64,000 bases of DNA from a virus. The translations under genes were made by a program, and so were the position numbers. Position 1 is the stretch's first letter. Each line of letters starts with the position of its first letter. The notes below the pieces were generated by a model. That model was not told the origin of the DNA. It saw only the letters and a program-made list of their open reading frames with translations, and did no database searches. Location of the stretch: positions 1 to 64,000 of IMG/VR virus record IMGVR_UViG_3300036939_000023; one strand, given 5' to 3'. Below, piece by piece: positions 1 to 9,552 of the stretch.

Positions 1-2
1 CT

Positions 3-881
3 CCAACAGTACCTAGCAGAATTAGTAATCGAAGAGATAAAGATTTAGCTGGTGAGATTAGAAGTCAAAGAACATTAATAGCTAGAGAACCTAAAGATAT
101 AGTAGAAGCTAATAAGAAACTAGAATTAGCTGATAGATATTTAGCTAGTGATAGTCCTGCATTACGAACTACTGGTGAAAGTTATAAAAAAAGAGCTACT
201 GAAAGATTAACAGTAATAAGTTCTCGTAGTCCTAGTAGAACACAAACAGGATTAGTAACTACTAGAGGAAATAATAAAAATACTGTTAGAGCTACTGGTA
301 TTAAACGTAAAGTTAAAAAAAAAGAAGAAATAAAGGTAACTAAAGCTGAATTAAAATCAGAACCTCCAATCAGTCAAACTACTAAAATACCAAGTGTACC
401 TGAAAAATCTAGTACAGATATAGTTACTAGCAGAAGAACTGTACTTAGAGGATTGTTATTTGGTAGTAAACAAGCAATACAAAAAGCTCCACAACAAATA
501 GCAGATAAAGCTAAGAAAGGTTTAATGGATACTATCGGTGATGCTAAATGGATAGATGATAATATTCAAGAAATAGGTAAAAAAGGTAAAAATACTTATA
601 AGAGAAGAAAAGTACTAACTAAAGCTAAAAGTAAATTAGTAAATAAAGCTGGTTATGAATTAAAGAAAAATACAGAAGGATTAGATCAAGTAATAGATAT
701 AGCTACATTACCAGGTAAAGCAGGTAGAACTAATAGAACAATTAAACGTCAGAGTGCAACTATTGTTAAACAAGCTAAGAAAGCTAGAGCAGCATTAGGA
801 GATCCAGCAGCATATTATGAATCAAGTACTGATAAGAAACTAAATATGGGAGGTAAAATAATTAGATTACTTGGTGGTTAA
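3..881 (+). CDS. Lys/Arg-rich virion-module protein, 5' end outside window
   Basis: Reading frame of nt 3 is open from the window edge to TAA 879-881. The track start at 453 is an internal TTG. Lies directly upstream of the protease-like gene. Confidence 0.6.
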   Translation, partial: PTVPSRISNRRDKDLAGEIRSQRTLIAREPKDIVEANKKLELADRYLASDSPALRTTGESYKKRATERLTVISSRSPSRTQTGLVTTRGNNKNTVRATGIKRKVKKKEEIKVTKAELKSEPPISQTTKIPSVPEKSSTDIVTSRRTVLRGLLFGSKQAIQKAPQQIADKAKKGLMDTIGDAKWIDDNIQEIGKKGKNTYKRRKVLTKAKSKLVNKAGYELKKNTEGLDQVIDIATLPGKAGRTNRTIKRQSATIVKQAKKARAALGDPAAYYESSTDKKLNMGGKIIRLLGG

Positions 882-908
882 TATATAATAATTACAATAA
901 ATAAAATA

Positions 909-2135
909 ATGAAAATAACAACATTTAGTGAACCAAAAGAATTAGTTAAAGAAGGATTACTTTTTTATAGTAGTACTGAACAAGAACCTTTAATTGATAG
1001 TGCAGGTAATTCTCATATTGTTAAACCAGAAGATATTGTAGCATTAGCTAATAATACTAATGAATATTTAAAGTTTACTGATATTTATGTATTTCCAGAT
1101 CATGATAGAGATCCTGCAAAAGCTTATGGATTAATTACAGATAGTGGATGTTTTGAAGCTAAAGAAATTAATGATGAGTTAGTACAAAAACATCCTAAAT
1201 TAGGAACATTAAAAGGTAGATGGGGATTGTTCTGTAATAATGTTCGATTAGTAGAAGAAAATATTATTGATAAAGTTAGTAAAGGATTAAGTAAAAGTGT
1301 TAGTATTGGTGCAGATATGGCACGTAAAATTGTTAAAGAATTATCTATTACAGCTACTCCAGCAGCAGTAGGTAGTGCTTTATTTAATAACAAATTAAAT
1401 ATAAGTAACTTTAATATGGACAACAAGTTGCCGAGCTTTGCGAGTGATACTACAGCAGTAACATTAGAAGAAGCATTACAAACTGAAGATGATGATGAAC
1501 AATTAAAAAGTGAAGCTATTGAGTTGTTATGTACATTCTTAACTGTAATTAATAATATTGCAGCTATGAGTGATGAAGATTTAGGTAATTATCAAGTAGC
1601 TAGTAAAGAAGAATTGTATCAAGCACAATTAGAAAGCTTTATGATGATGTTAGATGAAAAAATTAATCCATTTGCTAATGCTGAAATGTTAGATCAACAA
1701 CAATCTCAAACAGATCCTAGAATGCAGCAACAGTCTCAGTACAGTGTTCCATTAGCTATTACTACATTTGATGAGATGGATCAATATATTAGTGAGTATG
1801 GATTAGGTAGTTTAGCTAAAGGTATTGGTAAGAAGATAGGAGGTAGTTTAATTGGTCAAAGTGTTAAAACAGCAGGTAGTGGATTAAAAAGTGGATTTAA
1901 TAATGGTAAAGGTTTTGGTAAGATTAAGTCAGCATTTGGAGGAGCTGGTACTGCATTAAAGAAAAAAGGACTAGCTACTAAATTAACTAATAAAGTACAA
2001 TCTGCTTTAAATAAAGGTGCTAATAAATTAGGTGTGATTGGTAAACCATTAGCTGCTGCAAACCGAGCAGTATCCAGAGGTAGAGCTAGAGGTGGATTTA
2101 ATAGTAGTTCTAAATTAAGTAAATTTATAAAATAA
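909..2135 (+). CDS. prohead protease-like protein with Gly/Lys-rich C-terminal extension
   Basis: Blocks VFPDHDRDPAKAYG, SKSVSIGADM and ELSITATPAA resemble the His/Ser/C-terminal blocks of caudoviral prohead serine proteases (HK97/Mu gpI type). The last ~110 aa are GxxxG- and Lys-rich. Confidence 0.5.
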   Translation: MKITTFSEPKELVKEGLLFYSSTEQEPLIDSAGNSHIVKPEDIVALANNTNEYLKFTDIYVFPDHDRDPAKAYGLITDSGCFEAKEINDELVQKHPKLGTLKGRWGLFCNNVRLVEENIIDKVSKGLSKSVSIGADMARKIVKELSITATPAAVGSALFNNKLNISNFNMDNKLPSFASDTTAVTLEEALQTEDDDEQLKSEAIELLCTFLTVINNIAAMSDEDLGNYQVASKEELYQAQLESFMMMLDEKINPFANAEMLDQQQSQTDPRMQQQSQYSVPLAITTFDEMDQYISEYGLGSLAKGIGKKIGGSLIGQSVKTAGSGLKSGFNNGKGFGKIKSAFGGAGTALKKKGLATKLTNKVQSALNKGANKLGVIGKPLAAANRAVSRGRARGGFNSSSKLSKFIK

Positions 2136-2173
2136 TTAATTTAATATAATAATAAATAATATAAATAACTAAA

Positions 2174-2644
2174 ATGAAGTCACAAACATTAAATCAATTT
2201 CAATCAGTAATGCAAGAGTTAGATAGTTTTGCTCGTAAAGCTGGCAGTAAAGATAAACAAAAACGTAAAAGTAGAGGAGCTGGATTAGCTGCTGCTGGAG
2301 TAGGTACAACTGCTGTTGGTGGTTATGGCATTAATGCAGGTATTAGAGCCAACAAACAAATGGGAGCAGATAGAGCTGTATTAAAAGAAACATTAGGTAA
2401 AGCTGCGGATGCTTCTGATACTTATAAAAATAGTACTAGAACTGCTGGTAAGAAAGCATTTCAAAAAAAGACAGCTAAGAACTTACAAAAACAAGCCGTA
2501 GCTGCTGCTGATGATTTTGCTAAAAAAGGTGGTATTGGTAAAAGAGCCGTAGGTATTGCTAAAGCTGATGCTGGTAAAGTTAAAACTGCTGCTACAGCAA
2601 TTGGTAAAAAAGTATTAGGTAAGATTTTACGTCGAGGTAAATAA
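2174..2644 (+). CDS. polybasic glycine-zipper protein (degenerate MYLL-family relative)
   Basis: LNQF..SFARKAGSKDKQKRKSRG followed by GAGLAAAGVGTTAVGGYG; Lys-rich remainder. Confidence 0.6.
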   Translation: MKSQTLNQFQSVMQELDSFARKAGSKDKQKRKSRGAGLAAAGVGTTAVGGYGINAGIRANKQMGADRAVLKETLGKAADASDTYKNSTRTAGKKAFQKKTAKNLQKQAVAAADDFAKKGGIGKRAVGIAKADAGKVKTAATAIGKKVLGKILRRGK

Positions 2645-2877
2645 TGCAATTACTTACTAAACCAAGAAAACAAAAGATTAAAAATGCAGCATCTGGAGCT
2701 GGTAAATTAACTAATGCTGCAATTGCTGGTGGAGGTACTGGAGCTTTAGTTGGTTTAATTGCTAAGCCTAATACAGGTACATTTCAACGTAAAGTAGCTT
2801 TAGCAGGTGCAGGTTTATATGCTGGAGCTAGTGCTGCTAAGTCATTAATGAAGAGAAAGAAAAAGAATATGCTATGA
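2644..2877 (+). CDS. small polybasic glycine-zipper protein (leader variant MQLLTKPRKQK)
   Basis: TAATG stop-start overlap with upstream gene. AIAGGGTGALVGLIA and LAGAGLYAGASAA segments; KRKKKN tail. Confidence 0.6.
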   Translation: MQLLTKPRKQKIKNAASGAGKLTNAAIAGGGTGALVGLIAKPNTGTFQRKVALAGAGLYAGASAAKSLMKRKKKNML

Positions 2878-3983
2878 ATATAACCATGAGTAAAACGAAT
2901 GCTTTAGATAAAGAGAAAGATCCAATTACGTATTACACAAAAGTATTTGAAGAATTTAGTAATAACTTAAATAATCAATTAGAATTAGGTAAGTTAAACA
3001 AAAAAGAAGCTAAACAATTATATCAAAATGCATTAGCTGATTTTAATAATAAAATTATTGAGTATACTTATAATAATCAAGAACCAATTATGTCAACATT
3101 AGCCGAATTTGCAAATAGTACATTAGAAAAATATCAGTATCAACTTCCTAATATTCTTGCTGGATTAATTGAAGAAGAATATGAATCTGAAGATGATGCT
3201 GTTGCTGTAATGAAACAGTTAGGTTTTAAACGTAAAGAAATTGAAGCTATTTTTACTGGAGATCAAGTACCAACTGTTGCTGGTATTGATAAATTAGCTA
3301 GTATGTTTGATTTAACTTCTACTGATGAACAAGCTTATCTTGAATTACAAATGTATGGACTAGCTGATCGTAATTTATTAGCACAGGAAGAAGATGAAGA
3401 TGAAGAAACAGAAGATGATTTAATTGCAGAATTAGAAGAACTTTATTCTGATGAGGATGAAGAAGATTCTAATGATGACGAGGAAGAAACAGAAGATGAA
3501 GAAGATGAGGAAACTGAAATAGTTGATGCTCGTTATTCTGCATTAGAACAACAATTAACAGAATTTAAAGCTGCTGATGCTATTAAAACTACTTTAAATC
3601 GTTATATTCGTGAAGCTACTGAAATGCTAGATAACGGTGAAATCTTACCATCTGAATTCTCTGCATTATTTAATGGTGTTGAAGAAGTAGATGATAATGA
3701 AAAAGTAGCTGCATTTAAACAGTTTTGTACTAAAAATGAATTAAATCAATTTAGTACTGAATATGGTGCTTACATGAATGGATTTAAACTAATTGAATTT
3801 GGTTTAAGTTTGTTCAAGCAACGTGGTAAGTTACCATTATTTGAACAGGTTAGTAGAGAACAAGAAAAAGAGTATTTAAGTACTAATGCTAATTTTTCAA
3901 AACAAGAAAAACAAGAAGAAGCTGTAGGTGAATTTACTGGTAAAGATTTCTTCAAACGTATCCAATCACAATTACTACACTAA
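2874..3983 (+). CDS. highly acidic coiled-coil protein, scaffold candidate
   Basis: Central tract EEDEDEETEDD...DEDEEDSNDDEEETEDEEDEETE. Lies between the protease-like and capsid genes. Confidence 0.45.
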   Translation: MNITMSKTNALDKEKDPITYYTKVFEEFSNNLNNQLELGKLNKKEAKQLYQNALADFNNKIIEYTYNNQEPIMSTLAEFANSTLEKYQYQLPNILAGLIEEEYESEDDAVAVMKQLGFKRKEIEAIFTGDQVPTVAGIDKLASMFDLTSTDEQAYLELQMYGLADRNLLAQEEDEDEETEDDLIAELEELYSDEDEEDSNDDEEETEDEEDEETEIVDARYSALEQQLTEFKAADAIKTTLNRYIREATEMLDNGEILPSEFSALFNGVEEVDDNEKVAAFKQFCTKNELNQFSTEYGAYMNGFKLIEFGLSLFKQRGKLPLFEQVSREQEKEYLSTNANFSKQEKQEEAVGEFTGKDFFKRIQSQLLH

Positions 3984-3995
3984 GGATAATAAATA

Positions 3996-4859
3996 ATGGC
4001 TCATTTTACAAGAACACGAGAATACTCAAATAGTGGTATTAATGATGTACTACATGTACCTCATGGTTATCGTACTGCTAGATCTGCTCAAATTGAACGC
4101 AAATGGGTAAGTACTAATAAGCAAGGTTTAAATGAACTACCTGCTGGTATGTTTATTGCTAAAACTAAAGATAGTAATGGTAATTCTACTTTTCGTCCAT
4201 TACCTCATGCAAAAGTAACTGTTGCTGCTACTACTGCATCTCCAAGATTTAAAGTTGAAATGCCGTATATGTTCGTACCGGGTGATGTTCTTTATATTGT
4301 TGCTCCTACTGCATCTATTACAGTTGCTAGTACAGCATTAGGAACATTAACCTACAATAGTCAAGTTTATAGCTACACACCTACTGGAGCTAGTACACCT
4401 GCTGAAGCTGCTACTAAATGGGCTGAATACTTAAATAGCACTGCCTTAGCTAATGATTTTACCTTTGTAGCTGATGCTGCTAATCTACATATTTTTGAAG
4501 CTAACTTAAATAAAACAAGTACATTAACACCTACTGGTGGATTAGGTACTACTGCTGCTACTACTGCTCCTAATACAACTGCAATTGGTACTATTGCTAG
4601 TATTGATTCTACTACTGAAGAGATTGTATTAAGTGCTAATGCTGCTGTAGCATTACCTGTTGGCTTTTGTATTGGTGCTAGAGTTGATGACATTTATGGT
4701 TTTTATGTACATTCAATTGTATTTGGTGCATTTAGTGATGGTACTTTAGATATTGCTGTTGGTCATCAAGGACAACTTAAAAAGTCACGTTTACCTTATT
4801 GGTCTAACTATATTAAAACTACGTATCTACCTCATGTAGATGCACAAGATAGATATTAA
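3996..4859 (+). CDS. Ala/Thr-rich capsid accessory (decoration?) protein
   Basis: Immediately upstream of the major-capsid candidate (lambda D-E-like order). AAGGA upstream of start; codon usage richer in C-ending codons. Confidence 0.4.
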   Translation: MAHFTRTREYSNSGINDVLHVPHGYRTARSAQIERKWVSTNKQGLNELPAGMFIAKTKDSNGNSTFRPLPHAKVTVAATTASPRFKVEMPYMFVPGDVLYIVAPTASITVASTALGTLTYNSQVYSYTPTGASTPAEAATKWAEYLNSTALANDFTFVADAANLHIFEANLNKTSTLTPTGGLGTTAATTAPNTTAIGTIASIDSTTEEIVLSANAAVALPVGFCIGARVDDIYGFYVHSIVFGAFSDGTLDIAVGHQGQLKKSRLPYWSNYIKTTYLPHVDAQDRY

Positions 4860-4881
4860 TACAAGGAAATAATATAAACAA

Positions 4882-6048
4882 ATGGCATTTATTCAACAAT
4901 TCTTAAATGACAAAGTAGTAGCTAAAGCTGCTGACACAATGGTTAATGAAACATTACGTTACTTGTATGAACGTAGTGCGGTATTAGCTGAATGTGTACC
5001 TATTAAAGAAACTCAGAGTTTTGATTGGAAAGGTTTACTGTTTAAAGAAGAAGCTCCAGTAGCTACACTTGTTGCGGATGACCAAGAAATTCCTATTCGT
5101 AGTTTCGGTAAGTTTGAAGAAGTAATTGCTAGTGGATTCAACATTGCAGATTCATATATGTATGATGAAACTACAATGAAAGAAATGTATAAAGCTATGA
5201 CTGATGCTAAATTACAAGGCACTTCAGTTATGAGCTACCGAGATGAGAAAGGTAATACAACTAAACCTGGCACTAATGATGATATTGCTCAATTAATTTT
5301 TGGTAGTATTGCATCCTTAACACGAGGTATTGTAGATAAATTAGATGTATTAACTTGGGAAGCATTACAGACTGGTGCAGTAAGTACTACTAGTATTAAT
5401 ACTAATATTGATATTAAGAGTATTAATTACAAAGATCCTAACGCTGATTATAATCATTTTCCTAATGCATTAGTTGATACTGGTAATTCTGTATCTAAAC
5501 TAAATCGTTGGAGTGATTATGAAAATGCTGATGGTATTGCTAATCTTTATGATGCTATTGATACATATCAAGATACTAACGGTTTTATGCCTAAGTATAT
5601 TTGTATGTCTCGTAAATTATTCAATCATCTTAAGAGTCAAAAAAGTACTCAACGAGCTGCTGCTAATACTTTATCCAGCGGTATTGTAAGTGCTGAAAGA
5701 TTAATTGAAGTACTTAAGAACAACATGATTGATGCTGAAATTAAGATCATTGAAGATCGTTATCAAGTACGTGATGTTAAAGGTAGAACACAAAGAGTAC
5801 GTTTCTTAAATGAAGATACTATCGTGTTTATGTATCCTGGTATGGGTCAGAGATGGGTTGCACCTACTATTGATAGTGTTACTAATTTAGTTGAAGAAGG
5901 AAACACAGTAGTACGTCCTAAGCCAGGTCTTTTCATCAAAACTTATGAACGTCAAGTACAACCTAAACGTGATGTTACTTACGGCAAAATGACTGCTGCA
6001 CCTGTATTTCTTGAGCCTAGATTGTTCTATAGCTGGAAGGTTAATTAA
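4882..6048 (+). CDS. major capsid protein candidate
   Basis: 388 aa, follows protease/scaffold/decoration-like genes, AAGGAAA upstream. Call is by position and size, no diagnostic motif. Confidence 0.6.
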   Translation: MAFIQQFLNDKVVAKAADTMVNETLRYLYERSAVLAECVPIKETQSFDWKGLLFKEEAPVATLVADDQEIPIRSFGKFEEVIASGFNIADSYMYDETTMKEMYKAMTDAKLQGTSVMSYRDEKGNTTKPGTNDDIAQLIFGSIASLTRGIVDKLDVLTWEALQTGAVSTTSINTNIDIKSINYKDPNADYNHFPNALVDTGNSVSKLNRWSDYENADGIANLYDAIDTYQDTNGFMPKYICMSRKLFNHLKSQKSTQRAAANTLSSGIVSAERLIEVLKNNMIDAEIKIIEDRYQVRDVKGRTQRVRFLNEDTIVFMYPGMGQRWVAPTIDSVTNLVEEGNTVVRPKPGLFIKTYERQVQPKRDVTYGKMTAAPVFLEPRLFYSWKVN

Positions 6049-6482
6049 TGACAGAATACTACTTTAAAAAATCATATATTACACCAACTGGTAATATGTA
6101 TTTTGTAGGTGAAAAGTTTCCAGAACATTATCTTAAAGAAAAAGTACCTACATTATTTAAAGATTTTAGTATTACTGATGAATACTTAGTGGCTAGTAGT
6201 AAAGTTAGTTTAGAAGATACTACAGATACTATTAAGACATTAAACAAAGAACAGATTAGAAGTTTTAGTACAATTGAGCTTAAAGAAAAAGAAGATATTG
6301 TAGATACTACTATTCTTATTAATGAAATTAGTTTTGATGATTTAATCAAGATTCAAGGTATTGGAGAAAAAGCAGCTACTAAGTTAATCAATAATAGAAA
6401 AGATAATAGATTTGAAACAGTAGAACAATTAACTAAAATAGCTCCTACTGTTAAATGGGATAAATATACTATCATTTATTAA
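6048..6482 (+). CDS. head-module protein with C-terminal helix-hairpin-helix (ComEA-like) motif
   Basis: FDDLIKIQGIGEKAATKLINNRKDNRFETVEQLTKI matches the HhH GIG pattern. TAATG overlap with the capsid gene. Confidence 0.5.
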   Translation: MTEYYFKKSYITPTGNMYFVGEKFPEHYLKEKVPTLFKDFSITDEYLVASSKVSLEDTTDTIKTLNKEQIRSFSTIELKEKEDIVDTTILINEISFDDLIKIQGIGEKAATKLINNRKDNRFETVEQLTKIAPTVKWDKYTIIY

Positions 6483-6614
6483 CTTAATTTTAGATTAGAT
6501 ATTACTTAACTAATATGAATAAATTAACCTTAGCTACTAGTAATTTAGTAGTTATTAATTATCCTAAATTAAATAGCTATAAAATATACAATAATAGTTA
6601 TTTAAATAATTTTA

Positions 6615-7019
6615 ATGTTAAACAACAATATTATCAAACAAGATAAGTTATTACTAGTTAGAGGTAATAGTCTTAATGCAGAATTTGATATTACACTAAC
6701 TACTAATGTAAATCCACTAGTAGAATTTGGTATAAGAGAAACTTTAACTAGTGAAGATTTAGTTTATGCAAGTACTGTTAATAACAAAATAGTATTGTTG
6801 GAAACACTTAATTATAGCAACCTGTTTAACAAGAAGTATAAATTAGTAATACCTTATTTAGATACTATTGACTTACCAGTAACAGATATAAATAATGACG
6901 GTAACTGTTGTAATGATAAGTACTTATTAGGTTATTTACAAATTACTTATGATACTACTAAAGAGTTATTATTAGAATTACAAGTATATGTAAAAGATAA
7001 TTACAATGTATTTACTTAG
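6615..7019 (+). CDS. hypothetical structural-module protein
   Basis: Track ORF, co-directional, 14-nt overlap with the next gene. Confidence 0.5.
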   Translation: MLNNNIIKQDKLLLVRGNSLNAEFDITLTTNVNPLVEFGIRETLTSEDLVYASTVNNKIVLLETLNYSNLFNKKYKLVIPYLDTIDLPVTDINNDGNCCNDKYLLGYLQITYDTTKELLLELQVYVKDNYNVFT

Positions 7020-7752
7020 TAGTTTTAGTAAAAGAAGTATTGGACAGAAGAAACGTAGAACTAAAGAATATGCATTAAACACTGTTGCAGGAGCTAGTGT
7101 AGGCGGTGCAATTGGTTCACTACTAGCTGCTAGAAACCCTTCTAACATACCTAAAAACATAGTTAGAGGATTAGTAGCCGGAAGTGCTGGTGGAGCTTAC
7201 AAGACTTACAGGACAAGGAAGAATAGAAGAAAAGAAAACAATCCATTAAAGAAATATATTAATAACAAATTATATTCAAATAACAATTTAGCAGAATTCA
7301 GATTATTAGACAACTTACCAGGAAGAAGTGATAAAGGTAAAAAACGTAAAGGTGTTAGTGGATTAATTCAGAATATTAAAGAAAATCCAGTAGAAGCATT
7401 AGCAATAACAACAGGTGGAATATTAGCTGCTAGATATGGAGCTGCTGGTATTAAAACTACACTAAGAGCTAGTAAGAAACTAAAATCAGATAAATATATC
7501 AACAAGGCTAAATCCTTAACTACTGAAGGAATTAATAAAGCTAAAAATAGTAAAGTTAGTGGTCAACAATTGAATACTAGAGAAACCTTAGGTAAAGCTA
7601 TTAATATTAGTGACATACCTAAATCTAAAGTTAAACAAAAGAAAGTAGTTGCATTAGCTAGTGCTTTCTTAAAAGGTAGTGGAAGTAAAGCTAGAAAAGA
7701 TATTCGTACAGTTAAAAAAACAATTAATTACTTAAAAACAGGAAAGAAATAA
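7006..7752 (+). CDS. MYLL-leader polybasic glycine-zipper protein (two-unit)
   Basis: MYLLSSFSKRS start, VAGASVGGAIGSLLAA, internal leader-like NNNLAEFRLLDNLPGRSDKGKKRKG, second Gly-rich segment. Confidence 0.65.
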   Translation: MYLLSSFSKRSIGQKKRRTKEYALNTVAGASVGGAIGSLLAARNPSNIPKNIVRGLVAGSAGGAYKTYRTRKNRRKENNPLKKYINNKLYSNNNLAEFRLLDNLPGRSDKGKKRKGVSGLIQNIKENPVEALAITTGGILAARYGAAGIKTTLRASKKLKSDKYINKAKSLTTEGINKAKNSKVSGQQLNTRETLGKAINISDIPKSKVKQKKVVALASAFLKGSGSKARKDIRTVKKTINYLKTGKK

Positions 7753-8030
7753 TGTATTTATTAAATCAATTCAAAGTAGGTATTAAAGGTTCAGCGGCTA
7801 TAATTGGTGATAGTATTACAGGTAAAAGTAAACGTAAAGACAAAGAAGAACGTAAAAGATTCAATAGAGGAGTACTAGGAGGAGCTATAGGTAGTGCTGC
7901 TGGAGGATTATTAGGAAATCTTAGAAGTAAGAAAATAGGCGTTGCAGGAGCTTTATTAGGTAGTAGTATAGGTGCTGCTGTTGGTATTAGGAAACCTAGG
8001 AAAGATAAAGGTAAGAAAAGATTCAAATAA
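7752..8030 (+). CDS. MYLL-leader glycine-zipper protein
   Basis: MYLLNQFKVG start via TAATG overlap. GGAIGSAAGGLLGNL..GVAGALLGSSIGAAVG resembles a two-TM glycine zipper. Ends RKDKGKKRFK. Confidence 0.65.
   Translation: MYLLNQFKVGIKGSAAIIGDSITGKSKRKDKEERKRFNRGVLGGAIGSAAGGLLGNLRSKKIGVAGALLGSSIGAAVGIRKPRKDKGKKRFK
8001..8021 (+). repeat. exact DNA repeat AAAGATAAAGGTAAGAAAAGA (encodes KDKGKKR)
   Basis: Identical 21-mer at 9907-9927. An 18-nt core, GATAAAGGTAAGAAAAGA, also occurs at 18529-18546. Confidence 0.8.
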
Positions 8031-8235
8031 GTTCAATACCTGTATTATTATTAACTAAATTCATTTGATTACTTATACTATCAACATATTTCAATAAATC
8101 TATCTCTAAGTTGTCAGTGTATCTAGGTATCTTAGGTAATTCTTCTTTAGTTAGTTTATTTCTAGTTACTGTGTTATTAGTTACTACATAAATACCGACT
8201 ATTTTATTATCTCTTGTATATTTAATATTAATCAT
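8023..8235 (-). CDS. hypothetical protein
   Basis: Track ORF, overlaps the upstream minus-strand gene by 8 nt. Confidence 0.5.
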   Translation of the reverse strand: MINIKYTRDNKIVGIYVVTNNTVTRNKLTKEELPKIPRYTDNLEIDLLKYVDSISNQMNLVNNNTGIELI

Positions 8236-9508
8236 AATCTTGTAAGTAACTGTTTAATTGTTGTAGTTGTTTATAGTTATACTTATAAACTAACTGTTTA
8301 CGTTTAGCATTTAACTTAGCTTTAGTAGCTTCAGCTTTAGGTGTATTAGTTCCCATAGCTTTATTTAAGTAATTATTAATACTACTACTAACTTTCTCTG
8401 GATCTGCATTGTCTTCTATATTTTTAAACATATTTTTCATTTCTTTTAAATTATTCTTCTGATCATTATCTAAATCTCTGTAACTATTTTTTATTGCACT
8501 TTTCAATGAACTAAAATCACTAACAAATTGCAAGCTTTCTCCATTATCAATTAAGCTAAATTTGTTCTTATTTTTGTCATACCAAATATTTTCATTATGC
8601 ATATCATAATTACTGAAACTTTTACCAAATGCATAAATTTTAGCTAAATCCTTATGTTTAAGTGCCACGTTTAATTTTTGTCGTTCGGTAAAATATAATC
8701 CAGTTCTTCTATCTTCTTTAGGATTAAATTTAAAACTTACATTAAAACTCTTATCTAATAAACCTTCTTCAACACTATCTTTTAAGCTTTTACCCGGTAA
8801 GAATTTATGTAAGGTATAAATTGAATTACTGTCGGTTAATACACTTTTAACTCCACTAGGTACTAATTTAGTTTCTTGTATATTTACTCCTAACTTACTA
8901 CCAAAGTCACTCATAACAGCTTCCATTACTGGAAAACCAAATTTTCTGTCATAGTCCATACCTAATTTAGTAGATATTTGTTCTGTTAAATACCAAGGTA
9001 TAGAACTTTTCATTACATATTTATTATTACCATCACTCACAATTCTAGTAGCATTAGCACTCTTAGTAACACTACCTGGTAATAATTTAATATCATCTAA
9101 GTTAGTTTTAATTTCTACACTGGATAAACTACTATCTAATTTACCTTTAATTGTTCTATAGAAGCCTTTAACACTTTGCTGCTTGCCACTTTTATTCCTA
9201 TCAAATCCTTTAACAAATATTTTCTTTAATACTGAAGATCCATTATCTACTTTAGCTTGTTGTTGTAATGCTCCTTCTAATGCTACTAATTTAGTTTTTA
9301 CTGTCTGTTTATCAACACTATCCTCAATAGTATTATTAACTGCTTTAATACTTTTAGTTAAATTTTTACTAATCTTACTATCTTTTAAGTTTATTGCATT
9401 TAGTACAGTCTTAATATCTTTCTTTTTACCTAATAATGCATTTTTAATTACTTTATTTCTTCTTTTTCTTTTATACCTGTCAATAAAGTTCTCTTTCTTA
9501 CCAAACAT
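8228..9508 (-). CDS. protein-kinase-like fold protein (APH/ePK-like catalytic motifs)
   Basis: KYVMK (beta3 Lys-like), NYDMHNENIWYDKNKNKFSLIDNGES (D-x4-N catalytic loop plus IDxG metal-binding motif). Polybasic N-terminus FIDRYKRKRRNK. Confidence 0.5.
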   Translation of the reverse strand: MFGKKENFIDRYKRKRRNKVIKNALLGKKKDIKTVLNAINLKDSKISKNLTKSIKAVNNTIEDSVDKQTVKTKLVALEGALQQQAKVDNGSSVLKKIFVKGFDRNKSGKQQSVKGFYRTIKGKLDSSLSSVEIKTNLDDIKLLPGSVTKSANATRIVSDGNNKYVMKSSIPWYLTEQISTKLGMDYDRKFGFPVMEAVMSDFGSKLGVNIQETKLVPSGVKSVLTDSNSIYTLHKFLPGKSLKDSVEEGLLDKSFNVSFKFNPKEDRRTGLYFTERQKLNVALKHKDLAKIYAFGKSFSNYDMHNENIWYDKNKNKFSLIDNGESLQFVSDFSSLKSAIKNSYRDLDNDQKNNLKEMKNMFKNIEDNADPEKVSSSINNYLNKAMGTNTPKAEATKAKLNAKRKQLVYKYNYKQLQQLNSYLQDYD

Positions 9509-9552
9509 AGTAATCTGTTATTATTTATATAAATTATAGTAAAGCATTTAAT

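Noticed and set aside
6515-6646. 43-codon + strand ORF (MNKLTLATSNLVVINYPKLNSYKIY...) overlapping the start of 6615-7019 in another frame; considered as a +1 frameshift partner
   Set aside because: There is no slippery site or supporting similarity. It could be a small real gene or noise, and I cannot decide from sequence alone.
1124-9539. Other track ORFs antisense to larger genes (1124-1426, 3770-3955, 5013-5222, 6128-6349, 6978-7160, 9183-9539, 10663-10974)
   Set aside because: Each lies entirely within a longer ORF on the opposite strand that fits the gene array. Compositions are typical of AT-rich antisense frames.
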